In this document: positions 1 through 12,522 of the stretch, in pieces | Numbering within the stretch: the stretch's first letter is position 1 | How the letters are laid out: every line of letters begins with the position of its first letter | Assembly: GCA_001949185.1 (NCBI GenBank) | Contig: BDGG01000003.1 | Location: 624,679 to 688,678, forward strand | Length of the DNA: 64,000 nt | DNA from: Ramazzottius varieornatus | Lineage: Eukaryota > Animalia > Tardigrada | Direction of reading: 5' to 3' | Position numbers and translations under genes: made by a program | The notes under the pieces: model-generated | What the model was told of the DNA's origin: nothing | Databases searched by the model: none | The model's input: only the letters and a program-made list of their open reading frames with translations

Positions 1-2631
1 GCCATCGCGCTAACGCATCTTCATTGCGGAAACCTTGATAGAGAACCAGCATTGTCAACCTATCATAAAATCAACCTAGTCGAAACAGTTGTAAAACATC
101 ATAAACATCAAGTGGTCAAGTTCACAACTCACCTAGGCAGGCTTTGTGCTACTGTTTATGATATTTTGATATGGTTTTCCAGATCACGTTTCAACAGATC
201 GTATAATCACCTTAGTCAGACGGTCGTAAAGAAATTCGCAGACAGAAGTTTAGGTTGGGTTCTAACTGACGCAAGTTCAGTAAATGCTGGAAAAAACTTG
301 TTATTTGTCATTTAGGAATATTTGCACGTTTCGCTTGTAACAGTCTCACAGATTTGAAAAAGGTGAAACGTGACCCGAAATACACAAAGAGTTCGTACTG
401 TAGGTGTACTATGCATATGGTTTCATGACGGAATGCAGCTTTTTAAATTGTTGCAGTTCTTCTGGATGTGCCACGGCTTTGCTTTTCTTACAGAAAAGAA
501 CAATGGAATGTGATCAACAAAAGTAGAATGCAAACTTTTTATTTTTTCTTTCGTCGGGTATAGTGTTTACGAAAACGAAGATTTATAACTGGCTGGCAGC
601 GAGGATTAACCTCGAAGAAACGTCACTCCCTTTATTTTCCATTCTTTCACGCACGGGTTGCCTGCTGCGTGGTCCATCCGTCACTCATCCAAGCGAAAAA
701 GCCACAACCTAGCAACCCCGGACAAAAAATCACCAGTGGGAGCACGTAACTTGCAAACGGTGCTGCGAGGCAAAAGCCTGCATTATACGTACAGATACAG
801 TGGTTTACCTGCGTTCCTCTTGACGGACGACACAAGGAAAATCTGCTAGACTGCGTTGCGCCAACTGATAATTAATTATCGGCATGATTAATAATCGGTT
901 ACCATTTCGTCTCCAGCTGTGGCAGCAGCTGTACATGGTTCAAAACTGGTCTGCCGACTTGAGTTTTGCCGGCTTCTCATTTGTCAATCGTAATAAGCCC
1001 ATCTTAGCTAGCTGACATCACCGTGCGACCTTTTTGAAAAAGAACAGATGTGCTCAACTCACGTGCCGGAAAAATCTGGCATGGGTTCTTTTGTTACAAA
1101 GAAACTTAAGCTACTTATGATCTGGACATGAAATGATATTATTCTATTATTCATTTGGCTCGACTAATGAGAAAACCGCAAGTGGTGCTCCTTCAAAAAT
1201 CATGCACGTGCTTGTTCGAGTGCCAACAAAAGCTCCGAAATCTCTTCCTAACAAAGCGCTGCACTTTAACCTTGAGCTCGTCACGCTACATTTGTGAAAT
1301 TTGCCAAAAAATTTTTGACCAGGTTAATTAGCCAGCGGTGCACTCTCGCACTTGGAGCCGAAAAACACAAAGTCTGATTGTCGTTGCCCTGTGACGCAAG
1401 TATTGTGAAGCACGTGCAAACTTTTGATTAGTTTGTCAGTTCGTAAATGCCACAGGAGCGCTGTAGTCTTGTGGATACAACTGCTAATTAAAATTCTGCC
1501 CCTGGAGGGGTACATTTTGTATACGGTACTTTAGTTTTTGGATCGCTTTTGGGTCAATTATGTGTTCTGCAGATGATGAACAGCGAGCTTGCAACACATT
1601 CTGTCAGTACTATACCGATGTACCGATACGGTTGTTCTTTTAATAGAAATTTCATGTCATCTTGAAAAGAAATGCTGTGGTACTGCTTACACAATTACAT
1701 TTGGTAGTCGATTAAAAACTGTGTGCCTTCGTAGGTCGAGTATGCAACAATGGTGGAACCCTAGATATCGTCATCGATGAAGAGATTGACGTGGTCTCTT
1801 TTATTCGCTAAGTCTCAGCAACCAATGAACGCAACTGTCATTGCTCAACGCACAGCAAACATCGAAAAGTAATCTAGATGCCCGTAGTTGACTGACAGGG
1901 AAATTACAGGGGCTAAAGGCGGAAGACATCTGTTACTGCTTATTATTTTTCTCAGCGTACCTGGAACTAAGTCTGTCGAAGCGAAAGTAGTCGAAAGAAG
2001 AAATAACGATTTGCTGATGTTCGAGGAAAACTCCTTTGGACACCACGGTCTGAATCGCTTCTTTTCACTTGCGGTTGGCGTGTTCGACAGTGGGAAGCGA
2101 GCTAACAAAAAGGACTTTAATAATAGTTTCACCTATATTTATAAATGTACTGTCCACAGATAAAGATTACAATGTCAGCGAATTAAGAAACTAAAGTTGA
2201 AAAACATCCGTATAAGAGTAGTGTGCTGCTTCTCGCTTGAAAAGTATGATACCAATTTAATTAATGTCCTTTCGAGCTGGGAGCGTGAATATACATAAGG
2301 TAAGTGGCACCTGTTGCTCTCCGTTGCAGACTGCAGGTGGCGCTGTTCCGGTGGTGGAGCAGCAGTGGTACTGAGTCTACGATTGATTCCCAGCTAGTTG
2401 AAGTATTGATTGGTCGCCAACTGCTTTGCGACGTGGACAACGAAGATTTGTCCAAGCAGCGACAGCTAGCTGCTCCGAAGCCAAGCACTCATTTACTGGA
2501 ACACGTTTGCCCGGGTTTTCGAGTTTTGGTATTGCACTCTAGAATTATAAATACCGTCCCATACTTGCGCAAGCTAATTTTTCAAAGGAGGGACCCCGAA
2601 AGAGACACCAGGCGATGAAGTTACCAGGACC

Positions 2632-4715
2632 ATGCATATCGTACCTTCGTCTATCCTGCTCATTCCGCTGCTTTCATTCCCCGCCGTGTCAAGCTTGACC
2701 AGCGCCTTCTTTAAGCAGAATGGCATACCCGTTTCCAACTATTCACTGAACACCTTTGGATATTTCCCTGCACGATGGCGAGAAGAGAGCAAGCAGATGG
2801 TCAAACAAATGTTTTATTTTGCATACGACAACTACATGCAGCATGCCTGGCCGAAAGACGAACTCAACCCCATCGACTGTTGCGGCCGAGGCCCTGACTG
2901 GAAAAATCCGTAGGTATCGATTGGACACTGTGTTCACGGCAAAGTAGCTACAGTTGACAAAACGTCGGTACTTTAACTTTCTCGTTTATTTCTCAGGGAG
3001 AACATCAACATCAACGACGTGTTGGGAAATTTCTCGCTGACGTTGGTTGATTCACTGGACTCCTTGATCGTACGTAGGCAAATGGGTTACTGTAACAGTC
3101 TAGCGTAACTCACCCTGGCTAAAGATTCAAGCGGGCGTTGCACGCTTTCGCTTGGAGCCTTACCGTGCCAGAAGCATGACAATGACGTATGTCTTCGAGC
3201 TGGGGAGTCCGAGGGTCGTATTGCAGATATTCGGGAATATTACCGAGTTTTACCGCGCTGTCGGGCTCGTCATCGACACAGTGTCCTTCGACCAGGACGT
3301 CACCGTCCAAGTCTTCGAGACTACCATCCGCATGATGGGTGGTTTGCTTTCGGCTCACCTGTTGCTCAACGATACCCGCGTCTTTCCGCATATCCATCTT
3401 CCAACCTACCAGAACGAGTTGCTGACCCTGGCTGCCGATCTGGGCGAAAGACTGACCTGGGCTTTTGAGGGCTCACCTACTGGCATACCATGCCCACGCG
3501 TCAATCTACAGCAAGGTGTGCCCACGAACAAGGAGAGTTGTCGGACGAACTGCTTGGCTGGTGCCGGAAGCTTGAGTGTCGAGTGGGGCTTGCTAAGTCA
3601 GCTGACTGGGGAAGAAAGGTACGGAAGGTTGGCAAAAGAGGCGGTGAAGAACTTGTGGAAGAGAAGATCGGCTACGACGGGTTTGTTAGGTAACACGATC
3701 GATGTGCAAACGGGTGCGTGGGCGGATAGTCTGTCGGGTGTCGGCGCGGGCATGGACAGCTACTACGAGTACCTCCTGAAGGTCAGTGCAGTTCTTTTTG
3801 CAGTCGCCGGGGGTCGGAATCGTGATCATTTTTATAGGCATATATTTTGTTTGGTGATGACGAATACCTGGACATCTGGACAGATGCCAACAGCAACAGT
3901 CGCATCTTCCACCGTTTCGGCGGTTCGGACTGTGGTACTAACGGGACAATCCACCCCTTCTACGTCAACGTCCATATGCAAACAGGTAATACCATCGGTA
4001 CGTGGATCGACTCGTTGGGGGCAGCTTTTCCAGCTGTGCAGTTGCTGGCCGGGGATACCGCCGATGCTATCTGTTTGCATCACTATTACGCCGAGATCTG
4101 GCAGCGGTACGGGGCCCTACCTGAACGCTTCGATGTGCAGCATGAGAAAGCGCACATCCCGCTGTATCCACTCCGACCGGAACTGGCAGAATCAACGTAC
4201 TTTTTGTACAGAGCGACCAAGAATCCCTTTTACCTGCATATCGGACGGAACATGGTCAAGAGTATCGAAGCGATGGCCAAAGTCAAGTGCGGCTATGCTA
4301 CGGTGCATAGTGTGTTGGACGGGACGCTGGAAGACCGTATGGAAAGCTTCTTTTTGAGCGAGACGCTGAAATATTTATACCTGGTTGGTGATCACCTTAT
4401 GTAATTTAGAATGCAGATTTTGTGATTAGTTTTATGTTATTTTAGTTGTTCGACGAAGAGAATCCGGTGAATGTGCACGAAGAAAAGCTACTCTTTACGA
4501 CGGAAGGCCACATCATTCCCTTACGTGCGCAATACCACAAGTCTTTCTCGAAGAGCAGCGATGGCAGCTCTACCAAGGCTCTTTACTCTTGTAGAGCGCT
4601 TAGTTCGCTCTATCGATATGCCTTGCCCATTGACGAATTGTATTGGAGAAATTATTCCGAGATACCATGGCAAGTGCCTTCGTTCTCCGAACCAAACCAG
4701 TGCGGTCTGGTATAA
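2632..4715 (+). CDS. EDEM1: ER degradation-enhancing alpha-mannosidase-like protein (GH47), 5 exons: ~2632-2909, 2997-3069, 3227-3781, 3838-4383, 4446-4715
   Basis: Hydrophobic N-terminus. GH47/EDEM motifs MFYFAYDNYMQHAWPKDELNP, NINDVLGNFSLTLVDSLD, VQVFETTIRMMGGLLSAH, GVGAGMDSYYEYLLK, YPLRPELAESTYFLY, DRMESFFLSETLKYLYL, FTTEGH. GT-AG junctions join the exons in frame. Confidence 0.93.
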
Positions 4716-5189
4716 CGACCGAACTGACAACATGTACATGACGGACGACTGATGGAAAAACATGGTCGAAATGTTTCGGTCAAAACGAAGTCATTTCAGA
4801 TTTCTTCAGATCTTTAACCAAACAGCAGACTTTTTCAATTGTAAACAATGGCCTGCTGAAATCTAAAGTCTTCAAAAAAAAAATGCCCATCCTTGCAGAA
4901 ATTACAGCCCAGGTTTGGCCTTCAAATTCACCATGCTAGGAGGGTTCACCATCCTTCGCCTTATTCATCATGAAGAGTGGTGTTTATCACAAGCGTGACA
5001 AGCATTGAAGCGACGTGTTGAACAAACTCATTGCGAAAAGGGACGAACTGACAGCCGTACATTACGCCGAATTGCATTGCTGGTCCTATTAGCGTATACC
5101 GGGAAGTAGTCTGTAACATTCGCTGTTCGGTTCGCGGGAGCGGACGAATGTGGAAAGTCATACCTTATACTCTCGTTACGGAGAGGTAA

Positions 5190-6361
5190 TTATCGGTTAC
5201 GCTGATTAGCAGTATGGCAGCTTTTCTGTGTCCGATCGCGAGAACCTTCTTCTTCGGTACCCTTAGGATGCACCTGTAACCGCTTGATCCATTCACATCG
5301 CTGAAGCAGAGCTGCTCTGTAGGATGAACTCATCCCGAGAATAATTACCTGCAACAAACGGCTCCCGATTAACACTCGATCTTTTTCCCGGAGCACACTG
5401 GATTAACCCTGGATTTTTTTCCCGAGGGTACAGGAGCACTTACTGGGCTGAATGCAAATTCCGTCAGCGGTAACATACGACATATTTGCCAGGTGTTGGG
5501 ATAGTAATCCGGGAACCCTGGTACTAAAGCTTGAATCAAGAGGAACGGTAGGCATGATGCAACGGACCACACCAACAAAACGGCCATTGCTTTGGCCACC
5601 AGTAGCCGCCGCTTCATCATACGAACGTGATACCGAGCCGTAGCAGAAGAAGAAAAAGTCAAACTCCTGGATTTGAGAAACGCCGTAATAAAGATGACAA
5701 CCGAAACAAGCCCCACCATGGAGTAAGGAAAGATACCCATGAGATACGTAGAGAAAGTTCCCGCCCAGTTTAAGGCGCGCGTCTCGCATGAGCCATCGGG
5801 CAGGGGTTGCAACCTGGCGCCGATGCCGGCTATCGTGGTACCGGCAACAATTGCAGGGAGCAACCAACTTAGGAACACCATTAAGACTGACACTTTCGGG
5901 TTCTTCCAAAAATTATAGTGATGTGGTAAGCAAATGGCTACGAAGCGGTTGAGCGAGAGGAAGAAGTCTGTGAAGCTGAAAGTGGTAGCAACCCACTGGA
6001 TAGCGGCATACAGTAGACAGGGAGCTTCACGGAGTGTCCGCTGGAGGATATGAGTAGGAGCGAAGGTGACGACGGCCATTGTGGGGGCTATAAACGTGAA
6101 GAGAAGACAACCACAAATGGATAAGTTGATCAGGAGAACTCGGATACTGGTGCTGGAGGTACGATCCCAGGTTACGGCCAGTGTTTGCGAAATGTTGGTT
6201 ACTACCCCGAAAACCGAGAGCGCTAGAAAGATACCGAGGGGGATCGGTTTTGGGCGGAGCGAGGTAAAGAAGGACGTCGCGTTAGTTACGTTTACCAGAA
6301 ACACTTCACTGGTAAAGTTCATCCTGTCATCGGTCATATTAGCGAAAACAAGACGTGGCAT
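5190..6361 (-). CDS. Rhodopsin-class (class A) orphan GPCR, exons ~6361-5444 and 5348-5190
   Basis: Seven hydrophobic segments, N-terminal NxS/T sequons, LLINLS in TM2, SLNRFVAICLPHHY (DRY-like). GTAAGT donor at 5443 and CAG acceptor give TM7 FSPVIILGMSSSYR. Start may be the Met at ~6337. Confidence 0.85.
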
Positions 6362-6452
6362 CTGCCTTGAGCCAAGTCGAAAGGAAAATTATGATATCTA
6401 GATTTTGTTGACAACAGCGGGTTTGAAGCAGGCCAACTCTTGCGGTAATCAT

Positions 6453-6717
6453 CAACAGATTCGCGAAGGTTTACGATGTCGCTGATCTTTGACGATGTAT
6501 GATGGGAGTGCGGTTAGAAGTTGTATAAGCGTTATACGGGCTTTCAATCACGGTGAACGCCAACAGATTCCCGAAAGTTCACGATGTCGCTGATGTTCGA
6601 CCTTGTATGATGGGGACGTGATTGCGGTGACTGGAAGCCGTGTAAGCGCTATACAGGCTTCCAATCACGGTGATCAACAGATTCTAGAAGGTTTACGATG
6701 TCGCTGATGTTTGACTA
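6453..6717. repeat. Degenerate tandem repeat, ~108-114 bp unit, about 2.4 copies
   Basis: CAACAGATTC..GAAGGTTTACGATGTCGCTGAT recurs at 6453, 6561 and 6675. Confidence 0.85.
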
Positions 6718-7011
6718 GCGACACCCTTTTCGGACGAGCCTCCGGGCCTCTGACTCCCTGATGCCACAAGCCTTTTTAACATTGAAATCCCATAATGTTT
6801 CTGTGACCAGCCCTCCAGCAACCATCAGCTTCTCAGTGACGCCGAGAGTTTTGAGAGGAATACCCGATGTACTGACTTGACACCAGAACAAACCATGAAA
6901 AACTCCGCGCGGTTCCGCGATTTTTAGTTCGACAAGAATGCGGAGCTATGTTAAGCTCGACTAGTGATTGGCGGTGGTGCTCTTTCCGGTTGCCTGTTAA
7001 CTTTCGGGCAG

Positions 7012-8200
7012 TTTCGTTTTGGAATTTCGGACTTCGGTTTCCTTCCAGCTTTTGCTCATCTCGACAAATGAAGTTTTCCCTAACGTTATCCCTAACTCCA
7101 ACTCCTCCTAAGCGTGGCTCCGAAGAACCTTGGACCCGAAGAACGCTTTTCCCCAACAGCGTCGCATCCGAACAGCAACTGCCCCAAAAATATATCCTTA
7201 TTCCCGAAGGGCTATGGCTCCGAACAGCTTCGACCCCTAACAGTCACGAACCCTAATAACTTCAGCCCCGATGATCGCTCTGCCCTAAAACAAATTTCCT
7301 CTCGAAATAAATTTCAGTGACAATCATTTGTGCTGTTTGGACTTGGACTTGCCCTTTTAGACCCTCCCTCAGTAGTCGAATAATGAATGAGCGAAAGTAT
7401 TTCTCGCAGCTAGAACTGTGATAGAGAATGTTTTATTCGAATCGAGCTGTTGTTAAGCGAAGCATCTCGTACTGAATAACTTGAGCGGCAGACCGTTGGT
7501 TCGATCGAATCGATGCATGTTATTTCTCAGCACCATTCTGATTTGCGCTTTTTCTTCGAGTTGTGGTTCTTTGACAACTTTACAAAATTTCCCTACCGGT
7601 TGACTGATTATTTTCAGTTACATTCAACTTTAGTGCTGGGGACGTCGAATTTTCTGTCCGGCCAACGAAAGTGGTAGCTCGGCTTCCGAGAACGCAGCTT
7701 TTGCTTCTGGTGCTAACAACAAATCGAGCTTGGTTTCGTTCGTCAAGACACCCAAGTGAGACAATATGATGTTCTTCGGGGAGGGTGTTCCTCGGGCCCG
7801 CGGCTCTTCGGGATCGAATTTTTTCGGGTTCGATGCCGTTAAAGGAAAGCGGCATTCGGGTCCGGCTTTGATTTTTCGGGGCAAGAGTTCATCGGGTTCG
7901 AGGCTGTTAGGTTTGGCAGTTAGGAGGAAAGAGTATGTTAGGGGAAACTGTTATTAGGGTTCCAGGTACGGGGCCGAACCATTAACCAAGATACTCTGTC
8001 CGAAAAAACTTCCTTCATTTGTCGAGATGAACAAAAGCTGGAAGAAAACCGAAGTCCGAAATTTTAAAAAACGAAACTTCATTCCGTGGTCCCCGTACCT
8101 GGAACCCTATCAACAGTTTCCCCTAACATACTCTTCCTCCTAACTGCTAAACCTAACAGCCTCGAACCCGAACGACCCCGAAGAGCCGCAGACCCGATTT
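7012..8200. mobile_element. Non-autonomous foldback/MITE-like element (~7012-8078) plus an adjacent inverted partial arm (~8085-8200)
   Basis: 7012-7075 is the reverse complement of 8013-8078. 7892-7975 is the reverse complement of 8088-8171. CCCGAA motifs on the left are mirrored by TTCGGG motifs on the right. Confidence 0.7.
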
Positions 8201-8652
8201 TATCGTCTGGGGCAGTTTGGTCAGCTTGAAACGGCTGATGCAGCCTTGTACATTACTCATCGGTGTAGCTTATGGTGCAAAGTTCATGGCCGCCATGTGA
8301 ACGTCGACCGAGATATGACTTCGGAAGATAAGGGTCGTACAGTGGTGAGGAATCTGAGGATCGAACTTTGATCTATCGCGACTAAGCGAACTGACGTTTT
8401 TTTCCTTTGATGACAAGAAACTTGACGTGATGTTGAAAGCTACTACAGTACAGACTTGACAACAGTGGATTATAGTGGCGTAAAAATGAACAGTGGAGAT
8501 AACGGCTTATTTCTGTAAAGTCAGAAAACGCACGAACTGCGTAAAATGAATAATGGACTGATAATCGTCAGTGTGATAATGGCTTCCGATACTATGAGAT
8601 ACTCTAAAACAATTCTGATTAGTCAGTTTTTAATTCTGTGAGGACGGTGATA

Positions 8653-9199
8653 TTATACTCGTGCACGAGGTAAACGACATAGTTCGGGCATATATTTTCT
8701 CAGCTCATGTTGCCTGTAATCAACCGCTTCTTGTTTCCTGAGGTAGATCGATCCCCCTGTTCGAGGCGTTAGTGGGTATGAGAACGACAAGGCGTTGTGG
8801 ATCAAAGAAATTGGTCCTGGGAGTGAGATGGGTCAGTCCAATGTTAAATAGTCTAAAGTAGTACCAACAGGCGTACGATGAGAGATGAAGCAAGCACTGT
8901 GTTCAAACTTTTCGCGTTGCCCGAATTATGGTGCGAAAATCGATATGCCCAAATTATGTCGTTCACCTATACCACAATCTTTGTGCAAAAACGCTTCCCG
9001 ATGTTATACTAACATACGAGGTAAACGACATAATTCGGGCATATTTTTTCTCAGCTCCTGCTGTGCTTAACGAACCGCTTCTTGTTTCCTGAGGTAGATT
9101 GATCCCTCTCCTCAAGGTTTCAATAGGTTTGAGAACGGAGAAGCGTTGTAGATTACGGGGCTTTGGCCTGAGATAGAGATGGGTCTATCCAATGTTAAA
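8653..9199. repeat. ~196-bp direct repeat pair (8653-8848 and 9004-9199) with an inverted sub-motif between them
   Basis: Shared GAGGTAAACGACAT..TTCGGGCATAT..AACCGCTTCTTGTTTCCTGAGGTAGAT..CCAATGTTAAA. An inverted copy ATATGCCCAAATTATGTCGTTCACCT lies at ~8943-8968. Confidence 0.85.
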
Positions 9200-11700
9200 A
9201 ACCGTACTTTACGTACTGTTGTTTCGAGCTCCGAACGACCCTTTTCCGACATCAAACTGTTGTCAATATCCAGGGGTACCGAGTATTAGCTTCGCCATGG
9301 ATAGCGGTCTCAGAAGTTGTTCACCCTTTTGGAACGGTTCTTCAGAAAATTTCAGGAGTGACTGCTATCTGAATACCCAAGCCTGGGTTTTGATGTCGAA
9401 ACAATCACATGTGCAGTATTATGCTGTGTGACGCATTATCACGTCAAACGTTTTCGGTCAAAAATTCGAACCCCATTATATTTCCCTGACGTCGACATTT
9501 GACCAGTGGACAGATGGCCAAATGGACTCCAGCATCGTGTTCCTTGAATCTGGTATCTCACATTGCGTCAGCAGCTCAAGTTTGCCCTTGGCATCACAGA
9601 ACTTAAATTTCGATTCCTGTACGATTTGTCCAGCGATCGTCAAACCATTGGGGTGTCTGTGCTATATGATATTGTGAACGAAACGAAATGGAAATTCCCT
9701 GGCTTACTGTGAACTTATAGCGCGTGACAGCCAACTTGAGCTCCCTCAATTAAAGATTCGCTTGTCCTGCGCAGATGATGTTTTTATCTCCCTGAAACAT
9801 TCCTCAGTTTATTCAAGCTGTCGGTATTGTCTGAGTACAAGAATATCCGGAAAGCGAGCGTGGTTTTGAAGACAGGTTAGAAAGTCCGGCGACCGTTTTC
9901 TTGTTGGACGTAGAGACGTACGCGCGAGTTGATCGGGGGAACGCTTACTTTTCGTCCCAATACAGTCTGCTCGCTTGGGATCCAAACAGGGTGCTTCCCT
10001 TCCACTGCTTCTGTGCGTTAGTGAACAAGCAACCAAAACTCGCCATGTTTACGCGAATTTTGCAGTTTTGAATTCCAAAAACCAGGTAAAAGATCTCAGA
10101 CGAGTGGACTGTAATCATATATCTCACTTTGACTTGATCTTTCTCCCAAGCGTGTATTGCCGAAACATCAAACAAACATTCTTCTTTCGGACTGTGTACA
10201 CCAAGGTATCGTTGACTAGACGGGTTGAGTGGGTAAGATTGTGGAAGACAGCCACAAGTAGTATGTGAGAAGGTGTCTCTACGAGAACGTTTCAAATTTA
10301 GTTTCTGAAGTACTCTTACGCTCAAATGCTTCAAAATTGGTTTATGTATAGAAAAAATAGAGCCAAATTTTCTAAAACAAGTAAGACTGGTGCGATAAGT
10401 TTTGATGCCGATTTTTGAAAACGAGTTGAAAAGTAGGGGAGCTAAAGTTGGCTGCCACGCACCGTACACCGGTTTCCTCTTGATATAACGGACGTACCTC
10501 GACCTGGTTTTGCCCATAACGACCAAAGTCGAAGCTAGTTATGTTGGCATATATGAACATTGTATTGGATTAGAACTTCCCAGATGGTTTTTGCATCTAA
10601 TATATCATGATTAACATTTATTAAATGCCTCGACCGAGGCAGGATGTTTGTTAGTGTTAAATTAGATGGAAGCCAGAGCTGAAAATACCATATCAAAATC
10701 AGCTCGCAGGGTGCTCCGTATTTAAATTATTAGGCCGAGCAGAAGCAAAGAAGCACAAGGTTTTACCTGGAAAGCTCGAATAATCTCAACGTCCATTGAA
10801 ATCTCGACAGACTTATAAGGGATTCGCTTCGCTTGGCCTGAATATGCGATTTCGGCTTCGGTTGATTATAATAAGGCTTGATCTGCGCCATTGGAAGCGT
10901 GCGATCACGCACAGTGCGCTGCTAGGTTTAATCATAACGCATCACGCACCTGCACGTCAACGTACATTGATCACCATTCATGGTGATACATTGATTGTCA
11001 AACTTTGTTTGAGTGGACAGCGCAGGATCATGAGTTTGGCGATCCACCTGCATACTCGCAATGCCCATTGCTGACTGCGAGGCTGCCTGCTTTTCCAGGT
11101 TCCACAAAAACCGCTGAGAATCGGAAGGCGGTGACGATGGGAGCGGTAGTCAGTCCAGCCACCATCGATGACACCAAAGCGATGTTACGACCAAGGAGGA
11201 AAGTTTCCCTGCTTTGCTCGCACACGGATCGGAAATATTATAATATATAATAAGCATCCGACGAAACAAGTTGATACATTAACATCATACTAGATGCTCC
11301 GAAGTCGCGGCATGTTACACTAACGTCATATTCGAACTGCGGCAGCTCGGTTTTATTATATCAAAATTACATCTGATCTGAATGCTCTTATCACTAGACA
11401 TCACTAGACTCGAAGCTGCTTACCGGTACAGTCCGGTCGCTCGCAATGTGTGCAAAATTCTTCGATTTTTAATCTTGAAGATTACTCCAAGTTGAGGCGA
11501 TATTAGCCGAAAAAAAGGAATTTCCGTGCGCTTTATGCGCTTACAGTTTTCATATGAAGATGGGGCAGGGTTAGAAAGATAATGAGACAACACAATGCAG
11601 GCTGTCGCGTTGGTCGTAATGATTTTATTGCCCTGCGGTGTTGCCATAAACACGAATTTTTTGCCCCAACGTTTCCATCGTGGCCGGTTGGTCCCACGAG

Positions 11701-12522
11701 TACTGTAAAGCTGTTAATGGGTTGGACCATATGGTTTGGTTTAGTTTAAGTGCAAACGCATGCCAAACCGGTTAAATGAAAATGGTTACTCACACAAACC
11801 ACCAAAAGTGGTTTGGTCTAAATTTTAAACCGAACCATTCAAACCGAACCACATAAACCGCCGGTTTGCACCGGTTTGCGAACAACGTTTTGATCACCAG
11901 TACATAGAAAATTGTGCCACAGTTTTCTTCACTTGACTGAACAACTAGAATAACAACCGAGGATAAGAAACTGAGCCACAGTTGCTGTTTTCTCTACGAA
12001 CACACGCAAACAGGCAAAACTGGCGCGTGCTGGAATTGTAAAGGCACCGTGGCAAGCAAGGCGGTAGTACAATCCTTCTTCCACCAGCAATGCTGTCCAG
12101 CACTGTCAGAATCGTGATTTCTGTCTGACGGAAGGCGTACTTCTTAAGTCGCGCAGCTAATGACACAGTGCGCACCCAGTTGAAGCTGTGCATCACGAGT
12201 CATAGCTCATCAGAACGATGCGGCTGCGCACGGTGGCACTGGGGTGGAAAAGAATTGGCACTGCCTGACGGCCAATTTCGGCTCGGGTTCTGGCACGGAA
12301 TCCGTAGATTTCGTACGGAGTCTGCCCTTACCGCAAACCATATTAAACCACATAAACCACTGGTTTATATAGTTTGGCGCGTGATCGAAACCGGTTTGAG
12401 TGGTTTGGTTTGAGATGCCATATGGTTGAGGTGGTTCGGTTTGGATATTAAACCACGAACCACATAAACCACATAACCCACTTTCCAAGTGGTCTGGTCT
12501 GGTCTGGTTTTTAACAGCTCTA
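11701..12522. mobile_element. hAT-type non-autonomous DNA transposon (internal deletion derivative)
   Basis: 8-bp TSD CCCACGAG at 11693-11700 and 12523-12530. TIRs TAAAGCTGTTAA / TTAACAGCTCTA. AAACC/GGTTT subterminal repeats at both ends. A minus-strand remnant WWKK...FTIPA..S....RVF (across a frameshift) resembles the hAT dimerization motif. Confidence 0.78.

Noticed and set aside
1570-1812. Possible small spliced + strand exons (DDEQRACNTFCQYY.../RVCNNGGTLDIV...)
   Set aside because: Could not link them to a start codon or a family, so unsupported.
3782-4357. C-terminal half of the 401-aa ORF 3152-4357
   Set aside because: Reads through an intron. The real EDEM1 frame shifts at the 3782-3837 intron.
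6453-6717. CRISPR-like repeat-spacer appearance
   Set aside because: The 'spacers' are homologous to each other, the context is eukaryotic and there are no cas genes. It is a plain tandem repeat.
9945-10526. 193-aa minus-strand ORF
   Set aside because: No recognisable domain, atypical composition and no supporting splice structure.
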